Positions 46,801-57,720 of a stretch of 64,000 nucleotides of DNA are shown one piece after another. Location of the stretch: the NCBI GenBank assembly GCA_964106645.2, contig OZ067051.1, one strand, 5' to 3'. A program made the position numbers and the translations under genes. Source of the stretch: Podarcis pityusensis (lineage: Eukaryota). How positions within the stretch are numbered: position 1 is the first letter of the stretch; each line of letters starts with the position of its first letter. Under the pieces are notes generated by a model, which saw only the letters and a program-made list of their open reading frames with translations, searched no databases and was not told the DNA's origin.

Positions 46801-49800
46801 CAGCCAAAGGCCCCAACTGGAAGAAAACAGCATGGCATAACACTACCAGGCAAGGTCATCTCCTTTGGTGATCACTCGTAGCCGAGTAAGATTGTCTTCC
46901 ATAAACACAGTTTTAACAATGAGTCCAGAGAGTGAGACCAGGCAAGGTGAAGCAGGCAAGAAGATTCCTTTGCAAATCCTGTGCCCAGGCTTCTTACTTC
47001 CTGCCATGTGCTGCATAGAGGCTGGTACAAGGCACAGATACCGGAGAAGTCTGTTTTATCGGGGGGGTGGGGGTGGGGGGGGTTAGTTTCTAGTCCAGAA
47101 GGTTGAAACCATGGGCAGGGCAGAGCCCAAGTCCCCCGTGCATAACATCCCAGCTCCTCCCACCTATGCTAAACATATTGTACTCTAGACAGGCACTTAC
47201 AGAACATGCTGTGCTTCTCCAACAATGTAATCACTGAAAACAGATAACAGTAACTGCTGAAAGATAGCAAGGTGGGGGGTGAGACCTTGCCAGTCATCAA
47301 ACCACAGAGAGCACTAGAACTCTGTTACAACAGCCTGGAAGGCTCTCACTGCAGCTGCAAAGGAGTCTGAGCTGATTTGAATTATGCCTGTACATGGTGA
47401 CTTCCATTTCTTGTCTGTGAACTGCCCAGAGAGCTCTGGCTATTAGGCAGTCCACATATGTACTTAATAAGCAATAAATAAAGGAGAATTTAAAAGCCAA
47501 CAGGCCAATGCAGCCTCTGTGAGAACAGATGCAATGCACCCTTCACACACCAGACAGGCACAGAGGCAGGAAGGGAACAGCCTCCATCTCAGTCTATGTT
47601 TATCATGCCCTTTGGCAACCACTGGAGAGTATTTCAAGGAAATAACTCACACAATAGGGAAGGGACTAGGGAGAGGAGGGGGCAAGAGAAATTATCTTCT
47701 TAAGCTGCAAAAGGCTACTCTCCTTTCTCTCTCAGCCACATTGGCTCAAGCCTAGGCACCCTGGGTCACTCCACAGGGATGCTTTCCAATGATGCAATTC
47801 TACTGCTGCTCTTACTCTCCAGAACCACTTACCGCTGGGCAGGCTAGCAGGTGGCTCAGGACCCCTCTGGCACAGCTGCACCTCTCTCTCCAGCCCACGT
47901 GGCTTCTGCTGGCTCTCCATCTGGTCCTCTGCACTCCCAGGATGGGATCCCTCTTCCAAAGTCACTGCTGGTGCTTTCTCCTTCCCAGGCAAGGGCCCCA
48001 GCTCTGAATCTTCCCTTGCAGTAACTGATGGGCTCCCTGGAATGGCAGCAGACTTCCTACTGCCTTGCTCTGGAGGTGCTGCCGCTGCTTGGCTCTCTGC
48101 AGTTTCATCCTCCTTGGCTGTTGTTGGCACACCACTCCCTTCCCCCTGGGGGGGCAGCAGTGGCAAGCTCTCCTCCTCCTCCTGCACACTTCCCAAGTTG
48201 TTTCTGCCTGGAGAGATGGCAGCAGGCAGCCCCACTCCAGGGGCAACGCTGGACCTCACCTGGGACCTGCTTCCCTCCAGCTCTGGTTGGGAGTCAGAGA
48301 GCTTCAGTGTCACCCCAGGGCCGATCCTCAGGGACGCCTCCTCCTTGGAGTCTTCCATGGGGTCTCCTTTTAAGTTTCCTGGATCTGGGTGTGCAGGCTC
48401 TCCAGCTGTCTGGAGCACATTCTCAGAGTCTTCTCTGGCTGCAGCAGGTTCCACATGCTGGTCCACCTTTTCTTCCTGAGAGTGAGTAGAGTGAAGGCAA
48501 GACCTTCCATCCCTCAGCAGCTCAGCTTCTCCCTGCGCTTCCCCAGGCGTTTCTGGGACAGCTTCACATTCTGGCTCCTGAGACCCCTGGCACAAGAGGT
48601 GGCCCTGACTTCCAAGGTCATCTCCAACTCCAACTTGGGCAGTGTTACCTCTTCCTGCAGGCTGCCCAGTTGAGGCATGGCTGTCCTCATTAAACCGCTG
48701 CTGCTCACTACATCTACCATCCAAGCCAAGCTTCTCCACTGGAGGACCATGAGCTTCCATGGCTGTTTCCTCAGGCTGCACAGCCTCAGTGGACTGGCTG
48801 CACTCACTGGCAGACAGCGCCAATAGGCAGGCCTCACCCGAGGGCCATGACAAGGGGCCCTCCACAACAGATGCAGGTGCCTCAGGGACTTCAGAGCTGT
48901 CTGCTGGCAAACTGATACCACAATCATCTCCTTTCTCTGTCTGTGCCTCAGGCCCTTTCTCTAAGCTTGGAGTTGGGAGGAAAGTGTCCTAAAACAGGGG
49001 GAAACACAAACACATTGGAATATGACAGCTCCACACCTGAGATTCTGCAACCAGGCCAGCTCTCAAGAGAACCAGAAGTAATTCTTGACACTGCAACCAA
49101 GACATACCAGCAGGGCAATCACAAAGCAAGATACTTCATAAAGTATTGCTTCCTGTTTTCCACAACCAACATGGTGGCCAGGAGATTTGCCCTTCTATAC
49201 ACAAAGCCAGGCTAACGCTTTGTGAATGTCTCGAAAATCCTCCTATGACAAAAAAGCACAAGCGAAGGAAAGGATTGTCAAACTGTAGGGCAAGAGGCGT
49301 GGGGGCCTCCTTACTTCTACCAAGGATGAACGCAGCACAGAGAAGACCAGTCTCAGTGCTGGGCACCTTCTGACCACTCACATGGGAGAACTCTGGTTGT
49401 GATGGTATGGGAGTGAATGCTGGAGTAAAAGCTGGCGCATCTTGAGCGACAGGTGTAGAGGACTGAGGAAGCCCTGGAGTCCGAGTCTCCTTTGGCTCTT
49501 CTTCTTGCTTCCCTCCTCCTCCTCCTCCTGTTGCTGCTGCTGCAACAGAAGATGTGGATAAATTAACGTTATTGCCTTAGCAGAGAAAGACAGCCTTGTT
49601 CCTGCCACTGGAGCAGAACATTTCACTGCCAAAAAAGCTGAAGGGTACCAACTGGCCCTCTGCACCCCTCTGTCAGTGCTCAAAAAGAGGAGGGGCCTCC
49701 ACATTCGCTCAGAAATGAAAGAAAAGAAACCTGGGTCACCATTACTAAGTTGTCTTTTTGAACACCATAGCTTGGGCCAAGGGCTACCAAGGCCTCCAGC

Positions 49801-52800
49801 AGAAAGAGTTGGCATACCTTCTGTTCCCTGTTCTGTTGGGCTTCTTGGAATGATGAGGGGTACAGAATGTGAGATGCCGGGAGATGGCGTAGGAAGGCCT
49901 GAACCACAACTACAGAGAAAAAGAGATCACTCAGTTGCCTCACTGTCTGCATATGCAAGGTCACAAGAAAAAAGCAAATGAGCTAATCTATTCCAGAGAT
50001 CTGAAGGCCGAAGCCAAGGCTCAGCTCACAGGCACAGACCACATTTGTACCTCCCACGGAACATGAAACACAAACACAGCACTCGGTTGTGTGTCTCATC
50101 AGGGAACAGAAAGGAGAAAAAGGAAGGCAACAAAGACCAACGAGCGCAGAAGGAGTAGAGGCAAAGAAAGCTCAGTTACTTTGAAAGGTGGACACAATTA
50201 CAACACTATCAATGAAAGCATAAGAGCCAATCAATACAGGGATAACCAACTGCGCAACTGACTCAATTAGTGAATTCAGAAGGCAAGGAAGTAATAAGTG
50301 GATCATCAATTAGCTGAGAAGGAAAAAGGTCATAGTGGAAGAGCACCTTCTTCATATGAGGAAGGCCCAAGGTTCAATTCCGGGTTGCATTTCCAAGCAC
50401 GGCTGGGAATGCCCCCCATCTGAAATCCTGGAAGGCTGCTGCCAGTCAGTGTGAGCAATACTGAGCTAGATGGACCTGACTCAGTGTAAGGGACCTGACT
50501 CAGTGTAAGGCAGCTTCCTAGAAGCAATTATTCAGGGAAACAGGTAACAAAAGCAACCTGAGCAGGCTTGTTACTTACATGGAAAGAGGTCCCTGTCCAG
50601 AGAGATGAAGGACATGCAGAGAATCGGCAGGAGTGCACACTGGAGAATTTGCTGCTTCCACTCTGGACACAGCACTGTCACCATCTGGAACAAGAGGCAA
50701 TTAAAATTAACAAAACCATTTAGCAGTTTTGTCAAACAACCCAATGGATACTGCCTTGAAAATCTGTCTCCCAGCTGCACTGATCTTTTCCCTACATCGG
50801 AGTCAATTTTAATACCTTGTTGCAACTGCTCAAAATTGCAGAAGACCACCGACAATTTGTGGTGTGCAAAAATATGACTGTAAATTCAAGTAAACTCAAC
50901 AGGGATGGAAAATGTTTTACGTTCCTCAGCAACACCATCAAATATTGATGACCGGCTGAGATTTTCCCCAGAGAGCTGCTATCTCTAAATCTAGAGAAAT
51001 TTACTCCTGGGCACCTGATTGGCCACTGTTGGAAGGGCAAATAGTATGTCCTTCAGCCACAGTGGCAGCTGGCAGGTTTTAATGCTGTCACCAAAGAATG
51101 ATTTTGCATATTTGCCTGAAAACTAGAACTCTCAGGGTGCTGAACGCAAGTCAGCAATGCAACTGATGAGCTACGTTTTGAGCAGCCCATGCTAGAATCT
51201 GACAACCCTGTACAACTTGTTCAGCACTGGTGATCTGTGCCACTACATATTCAAAGCCATCTGCACAAACAAAAAAGGCAAAATTTGAAGAATTCAAAAC
51301 ACTAAGACATTTTCAAAATGCAGCAACAGCAAAGGGTGACATAGAAACACATCCGTTGAAAAGGCAACTTTATCAGTGCCACTGGAATTCCCATCATCCA
51401 CAAAGCAACTGCCTACCATTCCTCCCACAGCAACTGTGTGTTGTGCATAGGAGACATACCCTAAGCTGTCTATGTGGTCCCATGAACCTATGTAGCACTA
51501 TCTAGATAGTAATCAAGTAGGAAACCTTCCTTTGCTATCAGGATAGGCAGAGCTTCAGCAAACTGCACCTGCTTCCCCCTCATGGGTCGCAGGGGCCACG
51601 GCACAGGCATGCAGTCTGTTTTCACCTGTTGTGCTGCTCTGGCCAAACATGTCCTCCTGAGTAGATAAGACATCAGCATCCTGTGTATGCCACCCAGAGG
51701 GATCCGTCCCTTGTGGCCTTCTGTCAAGTAGATGGCAGGCAGAAGTTGGACTCCTTGCAGGTTCTTTATGGAACTGCAGAATTTTTGGGGTGCTGCTGGG
51801 AACATAAGTGTAATCAATATTCCCCAGGGTGTCATTGTTTATATTTGTTGCCTGCTCTTCACTGTAAGGCCCCAGGGTGGACTACATCTTGAGAAAAATA
51901 ATACGACAAGCTGAAAGAATGCCACACAAACAAGCTGATAGCTTCCCTGGGGATTAAAAACAGGACACAAAGCATGCACAGAACTTGCGGAGTGGAAGAA
52001 TGTTTGCTTTTGTGCTGAGCTTTGCCAAAGGTGCAAACAGAACTTTGCTGCTGGGCCTGAAAAATCCCAGTGGGAATGGATATAAGCTACTCCACCATTT
52101 CTTTAGGTAATGCAGAAGAGAAAAGAGTCAGGGAACTTTTTTTCTCATTCAAATGAGGTTTAGTAAGAGTGCCAGCAGCACCTTGGTGCAACCCCCTCCT
52201 GTAAAATCCCAACGGGAAGGTCTGTCGCTTCTTTCTTTCCTTCTTGGCCAGGAGGCAACAGCAAGGCACCTCCGATACTTTTAGCCGAATCCCAACTAAC
52301 AGGAATGAAAATATCTTTCCTTCACAAAGAACAAGGCAGAAAGGTAGTAGCAGCTTCTCGCCTACCAGCAGCAGGAATGTTCGGCACATGTGTGACAGCA
52401 AGAAGGACTTCATGGAACCACATGTGCTTCACAGCTGGTTTAATGGGCAAAGAAACTGCACCCCCTACAGAAAGGGCAAGCTCTCCATACCCCCTTTCCT
52501 GAAGGTTCAACCATGCAACAAGTTAGCCAACAAGTATGAGAGGTGAAAGCAGATATTTACCTATCAGGAGAGTCACTCCCAGACTTTGTCACTTCATCTG
52601 GATCTGCATGCAGAGCAAAAAAAGCATCAGGAATTGGTGCTTCACTTGAAATACCAGAGCACAACTGCACTATGTTGCATTCTAAGGACTTTTCCAGAGA
52701 ATTACTAAATCTGATTTCGATCTAGGTGCCAAGTCAAAATCTGCTTGGATTCAGGGCTGATGGCATTCCCTGTATGACCTATTATCTATTATGGGCTTTG

Positions 52801-54724
52801 GGTTTTTTTGCTAGTTTTATATGTATTTTATTGGTAATTTTATTATGTACACTGCTAAGATTGCACCTAACTTAAATTAATGAACCTAGATCACTCATGT
52901 CTACTAATTTCAATGGGTCTATTCAGAGTAGTACTAACAATGGATACAACTCAATGTTAGCTTAGAAGACAATCTCTAATGGAGAAGACAACAGGATAGC
53001 AGTGAGTGCCAACCCAAAATATACTTATAACATCACATCCAACCACAATCCAATCAGCATTACTATCTTCAAAAGATTTAGGAACATAAGAAGCTGCCTG
53101 ATATGTGATCAGATTATTTGCCCCCCTAGTCTGGGACAGTCTATTCTGAGAGCAGCTTCCCAGGGCTCAAGCTCAGTCAGGCTCCCTTGTTTCTGCCTGC
53201 AAACTACATGCTCTACTACTGGCAACTACAGTCCCTCAATTGCCTTGCAGGATTACTGTGTACAAAAGTACTGTTACTCCAGAGACTCAGTTTATTGGTA
53301 AGTACTAGGCGAACAGAACTGTAAGCCTCCCATCTGTCACCCAGAAGCAGCCATTCCATCCAGCTGCAGAACAGCAGGAAGGGGAAGTAACTGGCCTCTC
53401 TCTATCCCATCCAGCTTGTTGTAAGAATAATATGTTTAAAACCTGGTGCCTGAGCTTGCTTTCCCCCACTCACCCTGCTGCCCAGTGCATGTCTTTTAGA
53501 CTGTATGCCCAAGGGAAGGGACCGCTTACTTTGTAAGCCATTCTGGAAGCTTTTGCCATCTACATTGTAAACTGGGTAAAATGTTCTTCAAATGAATGAA
53601 TGAACAAATAAGGATGATTTAAAAGAAAGAAGGTTCTGTTGGGGCCTGAAGTCCTTTTGAGGCAGTGTGGGTAGTTTCGCAGAAGGGTTGGAGTGAAGTT
53701 TTCCTATCCCAGAGGAAAGGGCGACTCAGGAGGCCGCCCCCACTTCACCTACCGCCTTTGGAATCCTCCTCCTGCTCCTCTTCTTCCAAGGCCACTTTGG
53801 GTTGCAGCTGCTCCTTATCACTAACCACACTAGCTGTGGAGTCTCCTTCAAGGTTCTGGCTCTGGGAGAGCTCCAAAACACCGAAGCCCAGCTGCGACAT
53901 GCCTGATTCTAGCATCAGAAGATAAGAACTTCCTCAGCACATGTGGAAGGGCTCCAGCATCCAAAGGGAGGAAATGGGCCCGGCAAACAACCCCTCCCTC
54001 TCCCACCCCGCCAAGGTTACTTGTGAACCCAAGAGGGCTGCAGACAGTCACGAGGGGACCCCGACCCCCCCACCGTTCAAGGACAGCCTCCAGCGAGAAC
54101 AGGCGCGGGCTGTGCAGCCCCCCCCCCGGCTGGATTCTCAGCAATGGCGAAGGGGCAGCCCCCAAGGGCCGTCCCCAGCTGCAGCAGGCGGAGGAGGCCA
54201 CTTACCTTCCGCGCAGAGCGAGCCCGGTGCAGCAGCAGCAGCGCCGCCGCGGGGGTCGTCCGCCGCCCTGCAAGGGAGACAAGCAACGTCTCAGAGGGGT
54301 CAAGCAGGCCGAAAGCCCGCCCGCGGAGAAGGAATGGCGGTGCCCACCTGGTGTTCCTGGCGAGCGGCGGCGGCAGCTGCTCCAAGACCTGGCTGAGGAG
54401 GGCGCGCGGCGAGTCGGAGGCCGGCAGCGGAGGCTGCAAGGGAGCGGGCCCAGAGCCCCCTGCGGGACCCCGCTCAGCCCCCTGGCCCTCCTCCTGCTGC
54501 TCCTCGGGGCCTCCTCCTGCCGCCTTCGCTCCCGGAAGGACCCGCGGCCCATCCGCCTCGTCCTGCGCCCCTGGTCCCCGCCACCTCCTCTTCAGGCCGG
54601 GCAGAGCCTGCGGCTCCTCGCCGTCGTCCTGGGCGGAGTCCGGCTCCGGCTGCGAGTCCTCCACCAGCAGGCAGGGCGCCGACGGGCAGAAGCCCAAGTC
54701 CAGCGGGCTCCCCGCGGGGTCCAT
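34665..54724 (-). CDS. TP53BP1: TP53BP1 (53BP1); complete, 25 coding exons, ~1853 aa
   Basis: [16 protein letters not shown]-terminus, LELSQSQ, AATQT LC8 site, oligomerisation domain, GAR motif, tandem Tudor, UDR, NLS and tandem BRCT, ending ...[11 protein letters not shown]; exon phases consistent. Confidence 0.97.
35170..35315 (-). CDS. TP53BP1: TP53BP1 coding exon 24
   Basis: [37 protein letters not shown]. Confidence 0.96.
35434..35633 (-). CDS. TP53BP1: TP53BP1 coding exon 23
   Basis: [58 protein letters not shown]. Confidence 0.96.
36144..36238 (-). CDS. TP53BP1: TP53BP1 coding exon 22
   Basis: [31 protein letters not shown]. Confidence 0.95.
37643..37843 (-). CDS. TP53BP1: TP53BP1 coding exon 21 (BRCT1 start)
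   Basis: [20 protein letters not shown]. Confidence 0.95.
38074..38268 (-). CDS. TP53BP1: TP53BP1 coding exon 20 (UDR end, NLS)
   Basis: [11 protein letters not shown]...[19 protein letters not shown]. Confidence 0.96.
38501..38692 (-). CDS. TP53BP1: TP53BP1 coding exon 19 (Tudor/UDR)
   Basis: [27 protein letters not shown]...[10 protein letters not shown]. Confidence 0.97.
38802..39196 (-). CDS. TP53BP1: TP53BP1 coding exon 18 (Tudor)
   Basis: [21 protein letters not shown]...FDDGYECDV...EDEYFSAG. Confidence 0.97.
39312..39488 (-). CDS. TP53BP1: TP53BP1 coding exon 17 (GAR motif)
   Basis: SPRKGGSQ...[10 protein letters not shown]. Confidence 0.92.
39983..40266 (-). CDS. TP53BP1: TP53BP1 coding exon 16
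   Basis: [36 protein letters not shown]. Confidence 0.95.
42105..42257 (-). CDS. TP53BP1: TP53BP1 coding exon 15 (oligomerisation domain)
   Basis: [35 protein letters not shown]. Confidence 0.96.
42857..42970. mobile_element. Short Tc1/mariner-like MITE
   Basis: CAGCCAAACCTC ... GAGGTTTGACTG with TA TSDs. Confidence 0.75.
43303..43792 (-). CDS. TP53BP1: TP53BP1 coding exon 14 (LC8-binding region)
   Basis: [10 protein letters not shown]...TSAATQTV...HNQ. Confidence 0.93.
44648..44743 (-). CDS. TP53BP1: TP53BP1 coding exon 13 (GC donor)
   Basis: [20 protein letters not shown]...PLFR; donor AG|GCAAGT. Confidence 0.85.
45171..45222 (-). CDS. TP53BP1: TP53BP1 coding exon 12
   Basis: [17 protein letters not shown] (human KPATGERKNGS). 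Confidence 0.88.
45536..45760 (-). CDS. TP53BP1: TP53BP1 coding exon 11
   Basis: [13 protein letters not shown]...[25 protein letters not shown]. Confidence 0.93.
46591..46710 (-). CDS. TP53BP1: TP53BP1 coding exon 10
   Basis: [39 protein letters not shown]. Confidence 0.93.
47833..48988 (-). CDS. TP53BP1: TP53BP1 coding exon 9 (large acidic exon)
   Basis: [10 protein letters not shown]...[12 protein letters not shown]...VPETPGE...; 1156 bp open; donor GTAAGT. Confidence 0.93.
49382..49575 (-). CDS. TP53BP1: TP53BP1 coding exon 8 (alternative in-frame acceptor at 49539)
   Basis: ...[28 protein letters not shown]; donor GTGAGT; acceptor ambiguous. Confidence 0.8.
49818..49909 (-). CDS. TP53BP1: TP53BP1 coding exon 7
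   Basis: [27 protein letters not shown] (human PFIVPSSPTEQ). Confidence 0.88.
50331..50520 (+). mobile_element. tRNA-derived SINE (related degenerate copies at ~12390-12535 and ~46165-46350)
   Basis: GGTTCAATTCC B box; GCTGCCAGTCAGTGT...GAGCTAGATGGACC...AAGGCAGCTTCCT tail. Confidence 0.65.
50579..50684 (-). CDS. TP53BP1: TP53BP1 coding exon 6
   Basis: ...[20 protein letters not shown] (human STPATTLHLLQLSGQ). Confidence 0.88.
51626..51795 (-). CDS. TP53BP1: TP53BP1 coding exon 5
   Basis: ...[18 protein letters not shown] (human VLSTQEDLF); NAGNAG acceptor. Confidence 0.85.
52561..52603 (-). CDS. TP53BP1: TP53BP1 coding exon 4 (short, poorly conserved)
   Basis: [13 protein letters not shown]; CAG/GTAAAT; supplies the required phase 1->2 switch. 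Confidence 0.65.
53753..53908 (-). CDS. TP53BP1: TP53BP1 coding exon 3
   Basis: [20 protein letters not shown]... Confidence 0.88.
54206..54267 (-). CDS. TP53BP1: TP53BP1 coding exon 2
   Basis: [20 protein letters not shown]; CAG/GTAAG; phase 2->1. Confidence 0.8.
54348..54724 (-). CDS. TP53BP1: TP53BP1 coding exon 1
   Basis: [27 protein letters not shown]...[16 protein letters not shown]; donor GTGGGC. Confidence 0.85.
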
Positions 54725-55416
54725 CCTGCGCCAGGCGGGGAAGGAGGCCTCTCGGAGGGGAGGACGGAGGGTCGCGGGAGCTGCGAATCCTCCCCCAACA
54801 GACACAGAGACGAGCGCGCGCGCGCACAGGCAAAAAAAAAAAAGGCGGGGAGCGAGCGCACGCGCGAGAAGAACGCCTTGCCCCGCCCCCTCGGGCGTTC
54901 GCGCGGCGGCTTCGGCCGGCCACGCTGCAGGCCCCGCCCCCACGCGTTCCGCGCTGCGCGGGGGTTGCCGTGACAACGCGGCGCCACATGCCCCGGCCAA
55001 GGCCAGGGAGGGGGCGGGGCTCGCGGAAAGCTCCACCTCCCCGCTTCCAATACCAGGCCTGAATATAAATGAGCAAGAGAATGGTCCGTGGTCGCGGGTG
55101 GTGACGCTGATGGGAGTCCAAGCTGGCTCTGAAGGCCCGGTCGCCAGCAGCGCACGCCAGGAGGCAGCAGTGCACAAGCTCCCCAAAGCGAGGGTCACGT
55201 GTGCCCGGTCACCTTTAGAATAGGGAACGATAATAATATAATAGATGCAGCTCCACCAGGTGGATTGTCAAAGATGGCACAGATGACGAAGGGGGATTTT
55301 GATGGAAAGACGCTTGGCACTATCCGGCTGGCTGCACACCTGAGATAGCAAGGGCACACTCCTAGAACTGTCTTTGTGCAAGGGCATAGCAGCACCCACA
55401 GAGAAAGGAGGGGTGT

Positions 55417-55574
55417 CATGGGCGTAGCCAGGATTTATTTTGGGGGGTGGCAGGCATTATGTTGGGGGAGGCAACACTGAGTTATCTGTGATGCTGTTGG
55501 TCAGTTAGTTAAGTATTTTTATTTATTCATTTATTCAGGGGAAGGGCAGCTGCACCCCCCTGGCTACACCCATG
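55417..55574. mobile_element. hAT-type MITE
   Basis: TIR CATGGGCGTAGCCAGG / CCTGGCTACACCCATG; TSD AGGGGTGT/AGGGGTGC. Confidence 0.82.
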
Positions 55575-56059
55575 AGGGGTGCCCCTGCCACAAAGGTGGA
55601 GCTGCTGCAACCCTCTGAGTCTTTCATGTTTCCTTCCAGCCCTTCTCTATGGGGTCATAATTCCATACATGGGATATTTGGAACAGGATGGTGTAGATCT
55701 GGTACAGGATCACAACGGAGCAAGCAACAATTTTTTTTGGGGGGGGGCAGAAGCAACTCCCCTGCAAGAAGAAGGTTACAACATTTGGGACTTTTTAGTT
55801 TGGTAAGATGGGACATGACAGAGCTGGCAGGGGAGCCTCTGATCCTCCAGGCCAAATTAGGCCTGGCAGGGATCCTACTTTTGGTCACAAGGCCTTTTTC
55901 CTCAAGCCATGCCCATCAAATTAGTGCTATTTAAATCTTGATTCCAAATGGCATCCAGTTGTATCCAAACATAGACAAAAACCTCCATCTCAGGAACAAA
56001 CAATTTGGTCATGATATCTTAAGAGGTGTCCAAATGCATAGCAAACAGTCAACTTTCCA

Positions 56060-56362
56060 AAATATAAAGATGTAAAGATAGGATTTTTTACCCCTGTGCA
56101 TTATTTTACATTTGCTTACACTGAAGCAGTGTTGCAAATTTAATGCCCCTTCCCCCAGATTGAAAATATCCATTTGGAGCTCTTTACTATCCCATTTTGC
56201 TTTTAACATCCTGAATAACTAGGTGTCATCAGCATATTTGACTACCTCAAAGTTCATCCTCACTCCGTATCACTTATGAAGCAATTAAATAGCACAGGTC
56301 CCAGTACAGATATCTGGGGAATCCCATTTCTTCCAAGTACACAATGTCTATCAGATAACACC
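56060..56362 (-). mobile_element. CR1 LINE reverse-transcriptase fragment
   Basis: Minus-strand GIPQISVLGPVLFNCFISD and ..YADDT / FSVSKCKIMH motifs. Confidence 0.75.
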
Positions 56363-56369
56363 TTTAGAG

Positions 56370-56610
56370 GGTCCTCATGAGAATAGAAGACTCCCTGGAA
56401 AAGACCCTGATGTTGGGAAAGATGGAGGACACAAGGAGAAGGGGATGACAGAGGACGAGATGGTTGGACAGTGTTCTCGAAGCTACCAGCATGAGTTTGA
56501 CTAAACTGTGGGAGGCAGTGGACGACAGAAGTGCCTGGCGTGCTCTGGTCCATGGGGTCACGAAGAGTCAGACACGACTAAACAACTAAACAACAGCAAC
56601 AACAACAACA
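56370..56610 (+). mobile_element. Bov-B (RTE) LINE 3' end
   Basis: EDSLEKTLMLGKMEDTRRRG ORF end, GTCCATGGGGTCACGAAGAGTCAGACACGACT and (CAA)n tail. Confidence 0.9.
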
Positions 56611-57697
56611 AAGTTTGTTCTGGGTATAAGCTTTCGTGTGCATGGAGAAGCCATGCTGATTCATCTTCAGCAAGACTTGTTATTTTTTATGCTTTGTAAT
56701 GCTCTTCTATATGATTTTTAATACCAATTGCTGGGAATTACAAGTGGGGAGAGTCCTGTTACCCTCAAGTACTGCTTGTGGGCTTCCCAGTGGGGCAACT
56801 GGTCAGTTATTGTGAAAACAGGATGTTGAATTAGGTGGGCCTTTGGCCTGATCCAGCAGCAAAGCTCTTCCTACATAATTGCCTGTTTCTGAGCCAGAGG
56901 GACCAGATGATTGCCCCTCCCTACTGTGTCACATTTTAAAGTGCTGAGGTGCTACATGGGGAGGAGAAGGGCTATGTCTGGTTTTGTCATCAGAGATGTG
57001 TTTTGCATCCTAGGAAGAAGCCTTGCCCACCCTGCTCTGGAGACCAGTCTGCAGCCTGTTCCCTTTAAACAAAACACCTGAAGGAGAAAAAAGAAAAGTT
57101 AGTCTGTTTCTTAAAATAAACAGAATGTTCTTTACCTGTTAAGAGATGACATTTTTGTTCTATAGTTGGTTTCTCCTGCAATAAATGCTGGTATTCCAAA
57201 ACTAAAAGAAGCAGAGCTGGGCAGGAGCTGCCTTCCTTCTAAGCATCAATTCTCTATGATGCCATTTACTCCTGGAAGAGAAAGAGATGGCTCTGGAACC
57301 AGGTCCTGCATGATAGGTAAAACAGGAAATACTGATCTTTGTACATTGCCTCCATAAATAATTACTTTGAAGGAAGAGCTTTTTTTTCCCAATTAAAATT
57401 GAAGCAGTTAGATTTTGGAAGAAATATAGTTAGGCTCCTATTCAGTTGCTGCTGAATTCCAGTTCAATCACATTTTGTTTGCTTACTAAGGAGTTTTGTT
57501 GGGTAAGAGAAAGAGATTTGTTGAATAAATACAGCCTGATAAAAGGCATGTTTACTTTGAAACCCACTAAAATCAGTGGAACCTGCGTGCAGGTAAATGT
57601 CCACAGGAGCACAGCCTTAATTGGTCTAGCCTCAGTGTATTCCAGTTAGTAACTTACACACTGCAGGAATGGAGATTCTTGCACTGTGGCTGTCAAA

Positions 57698-57720
57698 TAG
57701 ATAGATAGATAGATAGATAG
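57698..57720. repeat. (TAGA)n microsatellite
   Basis: Directly visible. Confidence 0.9.

Larger units (their letters stand above)
53980..55210. promoter_or_regulatory. CpG island / TP53BP1 promoter with RFX X-box
   Basis: CpG-rich; GTTGCCGTGACAAC at 54964-54977; GC boxes near 54933 and 55011. Confidence 0.8.

Noticed and set aside
50472-50510. 19-bp tandem duplication containing TGACTCA (AP-1)
   Set aside because: Local slippage inside a SINE tail; no other evidence of function.
54023-55223. Overlapping long ORFs (316, 359 and 373 aa) on both strands
   Set aside because: Stop-poor CpG-island artefacts; only the part of the minus-strand 373-aa frame from the ATG at 54724 to 54348 is TP53BP1 coding.
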